From assembly GCA_016705335.1 (NCBI GenBank), contig JADIYN010000015.1, positions 8,011 to 72,010 of the forward strand: DNA of 64,000 nucleotides, read 5' to 3'. Position numbers and translations under genes: made by a program. This stretch comes from Draconibacterium sp. (GTDB lineage: Bacteria; Bacteroidota; Bacteroidia; Bacteroidales; Prolixibacteraceae). The notes below the pieces were generated by a model. That model was given only the letters and a program-made list of their open reading frames with translations, made no database searches and was not told the DNA's origin. The first letter of the stretch is position 1; each line of letters opens with the position of its first letter. Shown piece after piece: positions 10,248-21,096 of the stretch.

Positions 10248-10939
10248 AGATAGTTGTATTGTCAAGAAATGCTAACCTTTATTCGACAAGACGTATTGTG
10301 GAAGCAGGTAATGACCGGAAACACGAAATGCTTGTTGTAGATCATACAAAATGCGATCTTATTATTGAGAAAAAGAATCCGGTAATTATTTATAAGGGAG
10401 TTAAACTCAAAGACAAAACAGTTTTTACAAATTATTCGAAAAATGTTAAAGAAATTATTCAGGGAGCAGGGGGCACCCCGGTGGTAATTAAATTGCTTGA
10501 GGGTACTCAGGGTTTGGGTGTTGTTTTAGCCGAAACCGATAACGCTGCCGAGTCAGTTATCGATGCATTTAACGGTTTAAAAATTCGTGTAATTGTACAG
10601 GAATTTATAAAAGAAGCCCAGGGTTCTGATATTCGCGCTTTTGTGGTTGATGGGGTTGTGGTTGGCGCCATGAAACGAACCGCAAAAGGGGAGTTCCGCT
10701 CGAATCTGCACCGGGGCGGAACTGCTGAATTAATTCAACTCAGTGATGAAGAGGAGAATGCAGCCCTAAAAGCAGCAAAAGCAATGGGACTTGGAATTTG
10801 TGGTGTCGATTTGCTGCAATCCAATCACGGAGCGTTAATTTTAGAGGTAAATTCATCGCCGGGGTTGGAAGGTATCGAATCGGCTACAGGGAAAAATATT
10901 GCTAAAAGTATTATTCGCTATGTTGAACGTCATGCCTGA
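10244..10939 (+). CDS. rimK: RimK alpha-L-glutamate ligase, with an apparent in-frame internal deletion of ~60 aa
   Basis: LSRN..LYSTRR, KLLEGTQGLGV, FRSNLHRGG, LEVNSSPGLEGIE. The usual D-A-x-I-P-R-I-G ... RSRDK segment is absent (KLKD joins directly to KTVF). Confidence 0.9.
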   Translation: MKIVVLSRNANLYSTRRIVEAGNDRKHEMLVVDHTKCDLIIEKKNPVIIYKGVKLKDKTVFTNYSKNVKEIIQGAGGTPVVIKLLEGTQGLGVVLAETDNAAESVIDAFNGLKIRVIVQEFIKEAQGSDIRAFVVDGVVVGAMKRTAKGEFRSNLHRGGTAELIQLSDEEENAALKAAKAMGLGICGVDLLQSNHGALILEVNSSPGLEGIESATGKNIAKSIIRYVERHA

Positions 10940-11917
10940 TCTGGAGCAAAATAAAATGATTCAGCGAAAGAAAATCGTTATTCTTGGCGAGCAAATCAAT
11001 GCCGGGCAAAAGCGAATATTAAACCTCGATATTGCCCGACTTCATACACATACAAAAGTTGAAATTCCGGTTATTGTAGAACGTGCCCGCGAAGATGGCC
11101 CGGTTTTGCTGCTGAATGCCGGAATTCATGGAAATGAATTAAATGGTGTTGAAATTGTTCGCGAATTATTGGCCCGAAAATATACAAAGCCCGAAAAGGG
11201 AATGGTTATAAGCATTCCAACGCTTAATGTTTTTGGCTTTTTAAATCAAACCCGCGAGTTTCCTGACGGGAAAGATTTAAACCGTTCTTTTCCCGGTTCA
11301 AAAAAAGGTTCACTGGCAAGCATTTTTGCTTATCACATGATGAAGGAAATCGTTCCCCACATCGATTATTGTATCGATTTTCATACTGGAGGGGCACAAA
11401 GATTTAACACATCGCAAATCAGAATTTCAAAAAAGGACAATGATTTGCTTGAACTGGCAAAAGTATTTCATCCACGGTTTATTGTATTTGCCAACGAACG
11501 CGAAAAATCATTCAGGCAGGCAGCAACAGCTTTGGGAAAAAAAGTTCTTCTTTTTGAAGGTGGCAAATCACTCGATTTTAAACAACGGGTTACTCAACGC
11601 GGCGTAAACGGAACTCTCAGGGTTATGCACCATTTGGGAATGCGCGATTTTTCGAAAGAGCTGGAGAATGGAAAAGCGAATGGGGTAATCGAAATCCATA
11701 AGTCAACCTGGTTGCGGGCAAAACATGGCGGATTGTACCGGTTTTTTGTAAAAGATGGTTCGAAAGTGGAAAAGGGAGATGTAATTGGTGTAATCTCCGA
11801 TCCGTATGGAAAGTTCGAATACAAAATAAAATTCCGCAGAATGGTTCACATTATCGGTTAAACCATGCACCCATTGTTTATAAAGGCGATGCTATTTTGC
11901 ATTTGGGGTTCGAGTAA
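10932..11917 (+). CDS. Succinylglutamate desuccinylase/aspartoacylase family (M14) protein; C-terminal frameshift
   Basis: HGNELNG, DLNRSFPG, IDFHTG, C-terminal lipoyl-like hairpin; typical rimK neighbour. Confidence 0.88.
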
Positions 11918-11938
11918 AAAAAATTTTAAATTTTGAAT

Positions 11939-12571
11939 TTACACCAAATTATACTTTGATGCCAGTTTAATAAGGCTGGCAGTATTATTTACTTCAAACT
12001 TTGTCAACAGATTTTTTCTGTGACTATCAACAGTATGCATACTTAAAAAAAGTTTGGCAGCTATTTGCGGGTTGGTAAATCCGTCGGCGATAAGCGCAAG
12101 CACTTCTTTTTCCCTGCTGCTAAGAGTTGGAACGGAAATCAGTTTTTCCTTTTCATTCGCTGATAAATTAACATCAATACTCATATATAGTTTTCCTTCA
12201 TAAACTGAAAGAATGGCTTCTTCAATTTCTTCCTTTGAAGCACTTTTTACAAGGTATCCGGAGGCTCCATTTTGCACCATTTGCGAAATATAGCTGCGCT
12301 CCTTAAATGTACTCATCGCTATAACTTTTACTGATGGGTACTCTTTTCTGATCTTCAGTGTTAGTTCTATTCCGCTTATTTCGGGCATATTAATGTCGGT
12401 AATTACGATATCGGGAAGTGTAGTTTTAATTTTTTCCAATGCTTCGTATGCATTGGATGCAGCTCCAGTCATATCTACAAATTCTATCTGCTGAAGCATC
12501 GACTTCATGCCTTCAAGTACCATCGGATGGTCATCTACAACAAGTACTTTTACTTTATCCATTATCTTCAA
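11939..12571 (-). CDS. NarL/LuxR-family response regulator
   Basis: VDDH, DINMPEISG, GYLVK, HTH LSSREKEVL..IAAKLFLSMHTVDSHRKN. Confidence 0.95.
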   Translation of the reverse strand: MKIMDKVKVLVVDDHPMVLEGMKSMLQQIEFVDMTGAASNAYEALEKIKTTLPDIVITDINMPEISGIELTLKIRKEYPSVKVIAMSTFKERSYISQMVQNGASGYLVKSASKEEIEEAILSVYEGKLYMSIDVNLSANEKEKLISVPTLSSREKEVLALIADGFTNPQIAAKLFLSMHTVDSHRKNLLTKFEVNNTASLIKLASKYNLV

Positions 12572-14504
12572 TTATACAATCGATATAAACAGATGTCCCC
12601 TTGCCAGGTTCAGATTTTATATCCAGTTGCCCTTTCAGGTAATCAACCCGCGACCTGATATTTATTAAACCTGCACCCTTCAATACTGGGTCAATATCAA
12701 ACCCTTTGCCATTGTCCTCTACAGTAATTGTCAGATTTTTATCCTGCCGCATAACCTGAACAAGAATGGTTGAAGCGCCTGAATGTTTTACCGAATTATT
12801 CAACAGCTCTTGTACAATGCGGTAAATCACAATTTCGAAGGACGATTCCATCCTTTTTTCAAGGCCATAAAACTCTGTGTTGATTTTAAAATCCTGCGAC
12901 TCAGAAAGTCCGTCACAATAATCCTGTAACGCCTGCTGCAAACCTAATTTCATTAATGCTTCAGGCATCATGTTATGTGCCACCCGGCGCATTTCACTTA
13001 TTGATTCATCTAATTTAGACAGTGCATGATTAAATGTTCTGCCATGTTCTTCCGATAAAATTAAATTTCCTTTCATAGCTCCCAATTGTAGTTTAACGCC
13101 ACTGAGCAATCCACCCAGGCCATCGTGCAGGTCTTTTGCCATGCGGCTTCTTTCCTCTTCCTGACCTTTCAAAATTGATTGTGTGGCAAGTAGTAATTTT
13201 TCTTTTTCCAGTTCAGTTATTTTTTGTTCCTGCAATTTTCTTTTTTGTGTATATGCACGAAAAGAAAAAACAGAATTAATAAGAGTGATGCAATACTTCC
13301 CGCCATGGCATAATTAAGTACTTCTTTCTTATTGATAGATGACCTTTGTAATTGCAGCTGCTGCTCTTTTTTCTCGGTTTCATATTTTTTATCCAGGTCA
13401 AGCACTACTTTTTTTCTCTCGGCACTTTGCAGGGAATCGTTTGCATCATAAAACTTTTTATAGCTTTCAAGGGCTTTTTGATAATTTCCGGTTTCTTCAT
13501 AATATTTACTCAAATAGTCATAGCCCGATTTTATGAAAACAGTAAAACCATTTTCATCTGCCAGTTTAACTCCCTTCAGTAAAAATTCTTCGGCCTCTTC
13601 TCTTTTACCCAATTTCATATATGCATTTCCCATTCTGAATAGCGGTTCTGTCATTCCCCATGCATAATTATTTGCTTTTGAAATATTATAGGCTTTGTTG
13701 AAATAAAAAACTGAGCTGTCATATTGGGCAAGCCCTTCGTAGGCCTGTGCCCTAACCAAATAGTAAAGATGTTCTCTGGATTGGCTCATTTCATTGGTAA
13801 AGTATAATCGGGCTGAGTCAGAATATTGTAAAGCCTTTTTAAAATCGTTGTCACCGGAATAAAATTGAGAAACCATGGAATATGCTCCGAAAAGATCATA
13901 ATCCCGTTGCATTATTTTTGCAGCATCCAAACATTTCAAAATGTATTCCTTTTGCTTGTCTTTCAGTTTTAATATTTCATATACTGATGCAAGGTTTGAG
14001 TATAACCCCACAGTCCTATCGTACTTTTTTTCTTTTTCCAGCAATTCAATGCCTTTCAAATACCATATTGCTGCCGAATCATACACTCCCATTTTATAAA
14101 ACATTGAAGCCTTGTCACTCATTACAATAGCCAACACAACTTTGGCTTTTTGATTTTTTGCGCGTGATAAATGAAATATTGCTTTCTCTATATCTGCCGC
14201 ATGTTTTTCGTATTTGCCTTTTGAAATGTATATAAACATATTATTATGCAAAGCAAATCCAAGTGGATAATATAATTTTTTGTTTGTTGCATATTCAATT
14301 GCCTCCTGATAGAACTGTCTGTGATTTAACCGAATCTATTGTTTCGTAATACCTTCCCCTGTAAACCATGGCAATAGCCCTGGTGCTATCCGGCATTTGT
14401 GTTTTTAGCAATGTTTCTATACTATCAGCAAGATGTTGTTGTGCAGTAACCTGTATAGCAATAAAATACAGTATGACGGATAATAAGAAGTATTTCTTTT
14501 TCAT
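12555..14504 (-). CDS. Periplasmic-TPR sensor histidine kinase (HisKA_3), split by two frameshifts
   Basis: Signal MKKKYF..VTAQ, TPR-like repeats (13217-14251), KYETEKKEQQ, TM segment, EERSRMAKDLHDGLGG, ELLNNSVKHS, EDNGKGF, GAGL. Confidence 0.88.
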
Positions 14505-14541
14505 AATACAATACAAAAGTCGTAAAAAATAATAAACTCCA

Positions 14542-14585
14542 AATCCCCTGTTCAGGGGATTCTAAAAACAGGTATTCAGGGGATT
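14542..14585. promoter_or_regulatory. Probable LuxR/NarL operator: perfect 9-2-9 palindrome plus a repeated half-site
   Basis: AATCCCCTG-tt-CAGGGGATT at 14542-14561; TTCAGGGGATT repeated at 14575-14585; located between the divergent kinase and surface-protein genes. Confidence 0.7.
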
Positions 14586-14639
14586 GATTCCCTTTTTATT
14601 TAATTGGAATTTTGTAGAAGTAAATTAAAAACATCAATT

Positions 14640-17600
14640 ATGAAAAGCACATTAATACTTCTGCTGGTTATTTTCACCCTCACGCTAAAAGCACAAACGC
14701 CACTGTGCAATGTCTATCATGGGTGCGGCGGTGCAACGGTGGTTGCCTACCAGGGTGATTTGGGATGGAGTAGCATTACCTACGATTTTCAGCGCTTTGA
14801 GGGTGGCAGTTGGATTACCATCGGTCAATCCATTGAAAACTTCCACCTGGTGATACCGGGAGATATTACCAGTGCTTCTCAGTACCGGGCAATCCTGCGT
14901 AACAATGCTACCAGTGAAGAACGCATTACTAATGGTGTAACAGTTGACCCCGCAAAATTTTTTAATGCAGTGTTAAAGCCAAATCCAGTAATAACCTTTT
15001 ATTGGGGGGGCAACAATACCGCCGGACTAAATTATGTGCAGGTACTGCCTGTATCCTTACAATCAGTTGATATCGACCGAATGCGTCCTCCCTTTACCTA
15101 TAAAATAAAGAGGAAAAACAGTTTTGTTTTTGATCAGAAAATTTCAACCACCGGTATTTTTTTTACCAATAACATTGAAGAGAATCAGGATTATGTAATT
15201 ACTGTTGCAGATTATTGTGGACAGGTTGATTCGATAGAAGGGTCATTCGGCTTTGCAGCCTATAGCCGTGTAACGGCAAGAAATTGCAGTGGGGCAAGTA
15301 TTGAACTTAGCTTTTTGGCTACCGGTCAGAATGCGAACCTACGCCAGCCTGTTACTTTCGGCTTAGCTCCTTTAGCCGACAGCATTGATCAATATAATGT
15401 ACCCGAAAGTATTTTGGCAGGTTTGAATTATACCTACTCCGCAGGAATTGTGCCCGGCTTTACTGCCAACAGGTATGTAGTGAGAGCAAAAGACGCGTAT
15501 GGCGTGCTTTCGTCATAGAGTGTAGTGAGTACCGGATTACAACCCAACATGCCATTTGTTGTTTCCACCGGACCTTCAGGTGGGTACTGTAATTTGTTTA
15601 TCACTTTGGCAAGCAGCTATCCTGAATCGGGTATCAGACCTGCAGGCAGCACTGATCCTTACACCTTTACTTCGGGACAGACTATTAGCAACATAAAGGC
15701 AGGATTCACTTATGAAATTGTAGCCAGGATTCATGCGGCAGGCTGAGTTTGCCCCTTATTCAGTCATTCCCGGCATGGCCACCTGTTATAACATTTATTA
15801 ACGTTACTGAAGAAGGTTGCAAAAAACAGTTAACAGTTACTGCACAATCTTGTTCCAATACTCCGGAATATCTTTTAAAAATTACTGGTGGTGATTCTGG
15901 TACCTGGCAGTCATCAAATGTGTTTGAATTTGAAAGTATTACAGGTTGCGATACAATTTTTGTAAGAGACGGTGATAATCTTTATAAGGCAGTATCATTT
16001 TACGAAGTTTGTACCGGCAAATTGCAGGCAGATGCAGCTATAAATCCGCTTGGCGGCAATTGCGGAGACCCTTATGAATTAAGCATCATGGCAGGCAATG
16101 GCATTCCACCATATAATTATGCCATTAGCGAGGATGGTGTCAATTTTTCTGCCAATACCAGCAACACTGAATTCAACTCGCTCGCTCCCGGAACTTACAC
16201 TGTAATGGTCACTGATGCATGCGGGCAAACAGCTTTAACGAAGCCCGAAGATGGTGTTGCAGGCGCCTTGTACGAAGTAATTGAATCGGGGTTTTTAGGT
16301 GGTTGTGGTACATTGGGAGGATATTTGCACATTGTTATTGATTTAGGGATCCATGCCCAGGTAGTTAGCCCTCCATACAAATACACGGTAAAGGAGGTCA
16401 TTGGTGGCACTGGAAATAATATTCAATACGGTAATGTAATTAACGACGGCACAACCAATAATCTCGATTTCACCATTTCCGGATTGCCCGGCAATAAACG
16501 CTATGGTATTTTTATAACCAACGATTGTGACGAACCATTTACCCCCAAAAACAGGGTAGCCAATGATTATGTTATTCCCGGTTGTAATGAATTTGTAACC
16601 GTTTGGGATCTTGCCACTACAGGTGGGCCCAATACAGAATTAACTTTTGACGTAGCTACCGGCGGCACAGTCAACTACGCGTGGGAAACCATACCTGCCG
16701 CTATTTCAGGTTCCGGAACTTTTACAGAACCAACAGCAACTATAACAGGCTTGCCTTCAGATGCAACCATTCGTCTATTGATTCAACCGGCAAACTTCGA
16801 AAGAATCATAATTAATTATGGTACAGACCGCAACAGGCTGACGCTGGTTGAAAACTGGGGCAGTACCGCCTGGACAAGTATGGAATCCGCATTTTTTGGC
16901 TGTGAAAACTTACAGATAACTACTATGGATGTGCCTGATTTGTCGGGTGTTAGCAATATGTCCCAAATGTTCCTTCAGTGTACCGCGCTGAATTCGCCAG
17001 CTAGTATCAATACCTGGAATACGGCTGCTGTTACCAATATGAGCCTTATGTTTGCCTATGCAAGTGCCTTTGACCAGAACATTGGAAATTGGAATACAGC
17101 TTCTGTTACCGATATGAACAATATGTTTGCAGGAGCAAGCGCCTTTAACCAAAACATTGGGTCCTGGAATACGGCTTCTGTTACCGATATGACAAGTATG
17201 TTTGTCTATGCAAACGCCTTTAACCAGGATATAGGTTCCTGGAATACGTCTGCTGTTACCAATATGGCAAGTATGTTTTATGATGCAGACGCCTTTAACC
17301 AAAATATTGGCAACTGGAATACGTCTGCCGTTACCAATATGAGCCAAATGTTTGAACAGGCATACTCCTTTAATCAGAATATAGGCTCCTGGAATACGTC
17401 TGCGGTAACCGATATGAGCTATATGTTTGCCTATGCAAACACCTTTAACCAAAACATCGGCGCCTGGAATACAACTGCCGTTACCAATATGAGAGGTATG
17501 TTTACCGGAGCAAGCGCCTTTAACCAGAACATCGGTAATTGGAACACGGCTACGGTTACTGATATGAGTTATATGTTTTTCTTTGCAGGCGCATTTAACC

Positions 17601-19511
17601 AAAATATAAGTAACTGGAATACTGCAGTAGTTACCAATATGACTAGTATGTTTACAAGGGCAACAGCCTTTAACCAAAACATTGGTTCATGGCCTTTAAA
17701 CCCGGGAGTTATAATGGCAAATATGCTCGACAATTGCGGCATGGATTGTATTTCTTATTCAGCAACATTGAATGGTTGGTATGCCAATCCATCTACCCCG
17801 GCAAATAGAGTTTTAGGAGCCGCTGGAATGCAATACGGCACCTCTGCCTCAGCAGCAAGGGCTTATTTGACCGGAACAATGGGTTGGACAATTACAGGAG
17901 ATGTTTTAACAACGGAAGCTTGCGGGATAATCTGGACAGGTGCAGTAAACTCCAATTGGCACGAGACTGGAAACTGGACTGGAAGTATTGTGCCTGACGC
18001 TGGCAGCGTTGTTACAATTCCATTAACCGTAAACAAACCTGTCATTCAGCAAAATGCGGTTTGCTTAAATCTTACAATCGCATCAGGGGCAACGGTAACC
18101 ATTAAACCCCAATATAGCCTTACCGTATTTGGTATTATTACCAATTATACCATTAACGGATTGGTTATTGAATCTGATATCAATGGAACAGGATCACTAA
18201 TTGCATCTTCAGCATCGGGAACCGGAACTGCCGAAGCACAGCGATACATGACCGGAAACCAATGGCATAATGTTTCATCTCCTGTGCTGCAATCTGTTGC
18301 ATCCTTCCTTTCGAATAATACAAATATTCCTGCAAAGTCAACTTCAAGAGGAATGACAAATTATGATACTGCAACCGATCTCTGGAATGCATACTTTACC
18401 AATAATATTGCAGGAGATTTGGAATCAGCAAAAGGTTATTTGCTTAGGAATGATGCTAACGGGATCGTAAAATTTAACGGTGCTATCCACACCGGAACAC
18501 AAAGTATTGCTCTTTCTCCATCAGGATTGGGATGGAATTTAATAGGAAATCCGTTCACCTCGGCTATAAAAGTTAACATCGCAGCAGGAGTAAATAACTT
18601 TTTTAGCAATAAATGGTGGTATTCTCGATCCAAGTTATGTTTCAATTTATGTTTGGAATGGAACTCAGTACGAAATAATAAACAATGCCTCAGGTGCTGA
18701 ATTTGCAACCGTTGGCCAGGGATTTTTTGTAAAAACCACTACCGGGTCCAGTGCTGAATTTACACCCCAAATGCAGGTGCATCAGCCAACCACAGCACTT
18801 AAATCAGGAACTGCAATCCCTGAAATTAAGCTTTTGGTTTCTTCATCCATGAAAAATGCTTCAACCAGCATTAAATTCATAGAGGGCACTACTGAAGGGC
18901 TCGACAAGGGATATGATGCCGGAATTCTTAAGGCCGATCCTTTGTTCTCTGTTTTCACAAATCTTGTTAATAATGATAATAATAACGTGGAGTTTGGATT
19001 GCAGTGTCTTCCCCTCACAAATTTTGGAACTCTTACTGTTCCTGTGGGAATTGACTTTTCTGCCGGTGGAGAAGTTACATTCTCTGCACAATTACTAAAT
19101 CTTCCTGCTGAAAGTAATATTGTATTCGAAGACAGGATGTTAAATGTATCCACCACTTTCAACAGTGAAAAAAGTGCATATAAAACTACGCTCTCTGCCA
19201 ACTCAAAGGGTACCGGGCGTTTCTATCTACATATTTCAGACCCTCAGGTTACAAGTTTCAGAAATGAAACTGAACTAAACAAGATAACTGCCTGGTTGGA
19301 AAGAGAAGAAATAGTAATTAATGGAATTACTGAAAACAAAGCGGTTTTAAAATTATATGATTTAAGGGGAAGTGCGGTTTGGGTGCGAAACCTTGAAAAA
19401 GCAACCACAAACAGGATAAATGTAAATGGACTTACTACCGGAATATATATGCTTCAGGTGATTGAAAATGGCAAACGCACCGGCATTAAACTTCAAATAA
19501 CAGGGAATTAA
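14640..19511 (+). CDS. Large (~1620 aa reconstructed) T9SS-secreted surface protein with SprB-like Cys motifs and BspA/DUF285 repeats; broken by one in-frame TAG and two frameshifts
   Basis: Signal MKST..LKAQ. xDxCG motifs (DYCG, DSCG, DACG), [12 protein letters not shown]285 repeats, [44 protein letters not shown] 15516 is in frame; 1-bp indels near 15728 and 18600 rejoin the frames. Confidence 0.85.
17015..17692 (+). repeat. Nine tandem 75-bp (25-aa) DUF285/BspA-type repeats
   Basis: WNTxxVT(N/D)MxxMFxxAxxF(N/D)Q(N/D)IxxW; Trp codons every 75 bp from 17015 to 17690. Confidence 0.95.
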
Positions 19512-19624
19512 AATATTAAATGAAAATTACAAAATACAATTCTTATGAAACGGGCATGACAAAATTTTGCCACTCAGTGGATATATTATAAGGGTTCTCC
19601 GGTGTACATCGGGAAATACCTTAA

Positions 19625-19819
19625 AAAATAATAAAATATAACGAGATCAAAAACAAGGAAAAAGTAAAAAAAGAAGTTTCTCAGGCAAAGAAGATTTCCA
19701 GAAAACAGGCAATTAAAATAGCTGGATTCTATACCGCAACAGCAACGAGCATGATTTTACTGTTGGGCTCTCCAAAAGCAGCAGCAGCAAGCTTACCTTC
19801 CGCTCCACCTGACTGGTAA
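19625..19819 (+). CDS. Unannotated small precursor-like peptide (Tat-like leader and short Pro-rich tail); no ATG at the 5' end in this consensus
   Basis: Open frame ..KYNEIKNKEKVKKEVSQAKKISRKQAIKIAGFYTATATSMILLLGSPKAAAASLPSAPPDW*. ATA at 19631 may be a miscalled ATG. Confidence 0.6.
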   Translation, partial: KIIKYNEIKNKEKVKKEVSQAKKISRKQAIKIAGFYTATATSMILLLGSPKAAAASLPSAPPDW

Positions 19820-19842
19820 TGATGATACATAAAACACGATTT

Positions 19843-21096
19843 TTAAACTGAGTTCATTGCCACCACGGGGTCAAGTCTGGCTGCAGATCGAGCCGGCATC
19901 AATCCGGCAATAAAACCGATAACACTCGAAATCATCAGCCCGGTGATAATGTTGCCAAGCGTAAGTACTATTGTAAATTCACTCACATAACCAACGATAA
20001 GTGTTCCGGCAAAAATCAGTATCAGTCCAAGTACCCCGCCTATCAGTGAAAGCACGACAGCTTCGAAAATAAATTGCAGTAAAATAAAGTAGCGTTTTGC
20101 GCCCAGTGATTTTTGTATGCCTATAATCTTGGTACGTTCTTTTACCGAAACAAACATGATATTGGCAATCCCAAACCCGCCCACAAGAATTGAAAATCCG
20201 CCGATTATCCAGCCGGCCATATTAAAAACAATAAAAAACTGGTCGAACTGATTCGATATCAAACTAACTTCGTTCAGCGCAAAATCGTTTTCTTCCATGG
20301 GTTTTAGCCGGTGCAGGTTTCGCATTATACCTTCAATTTCAGCCACAAATTTGTCACTGTCAATGTTTGGTTTCGATTTCACGCAAAGTGTTTGCCCCCG
20401 GTCGCGGTTGCGGATGTCAATCATGTAGAACGATTTAACCGCCGAGATATGAATGTTTTTATCCATCGAAGTCCCAAACATATCCTGTCCTTTTTTCTCG
20501 TAAACACCTATAATCTGGAATTTTATACCCTGAACTTTTATATCACGGTTAACAGGATCGAGGCCGGGGAATAGTTTTTCTGCGATTTCAGCGCCGATAA
20601 CAGCTACAGGTGAGCCTGAACGCATTTCATTTTCGGTGAAATATCTGCCACGTTCAATCTTTAAACCCCAAACATCAAGTATTGCATACGAGGTTGCCAT
20701 AATTGTTACATAGTCCATTTTATCGCTTCCGGCCTGGGCAGTGCGCGAAAAACCAAACAAAAAGGCTGCATTTTCAACTGAATTACCTCTTTTTAAAATT
20801 TCTTCTGTTTCCTCAAATTCCGGCACCGGACGGTTTAAATAGCGCCACCACGGATATTCTGATTCCCCTTCAGGCGGCATCCACGGCCATTTTTGTATGT
20901 AAACCATGTTGCTTCCCATGCTGTCGAGACTTTCCCTGATATATCTCTCAAGCGAATCGATTACAGTAAATACCGAAACGATTGCAAAAATGCCAATAGT
21001 GATACCAAGGAGTGACAAAAATGTGCGTAATTTATTTGCTCTTAACGAGTTAAAAGCAAATGAAAAACTTTCAAATATTAATCTGATCAGAAGCAT
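19843..21096 (-). CDS. MacB/FtsX-family ABC transporter permease
   Basis: NKLRTFLSLLGITIG, GGFGIANIMFVSVKERTKIIG, LDPVVAM. Confidence 0.9.
   Translation of the reverse strand: MLLIRLIFESFSFAFNSLRANKLRTFLSLLGITIGIFAIVSVFTVIDSLERYIRESLDSMGSNMVYIQKWPWMPPEGESEYPWWRYLNRPVPEFEETEEILKRGNSVENAAFLFGFSRTAQAGSDKMDYVTIMATSYAILDVWGLKIERGRYFTENEMRSGSPVAVIGAEIAEKLFPGLDPVNRDIKVQGIKFQIIGVYEKKGQDMFGTSMDKNIHISAVKSFYMIDIRNRDRGQTLCVKSKPNIDSDKFVAEIEGIMRNLHRLKPMEENDFALNEVSLISNQFDQFFIVFNMAGWIIGGFSILVGGFGIANIMFVSVKERTKIIGIQKSLGAKRYFILLQFIFEAVVLSLIGGVLGLILIFAGTLIVGYVSEFTIVLTLGNIITGLMISSVIGFIAGLMPARSAARLDPVVAMNSV

Noticed and set aside
15516-15518. Pyrrolysine or stop-codon reassignment at the in-frame TAG
   Set aside because: TAG terminates other genes here (rsmA, panB, susD) and no pyl genes are present; a substitution is simpler.
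16910-17677. 255-aa repetitive antisense ORF
   Set aside because: Shadow of the DUF285 repeat region on the opposite strand.
17015-17692. 75-bp periodic repeats as a CRISPR array or DGR
   Set aside because: Repeats are in-frame coding units with synonymous variation and no unique spacers; no cas or reverse transcriptase genes in the window.
11920-19842. Cassette as a mobile element
   Set aside because: No integrase, transposase, tRNA target or flanking direct repeats were found.
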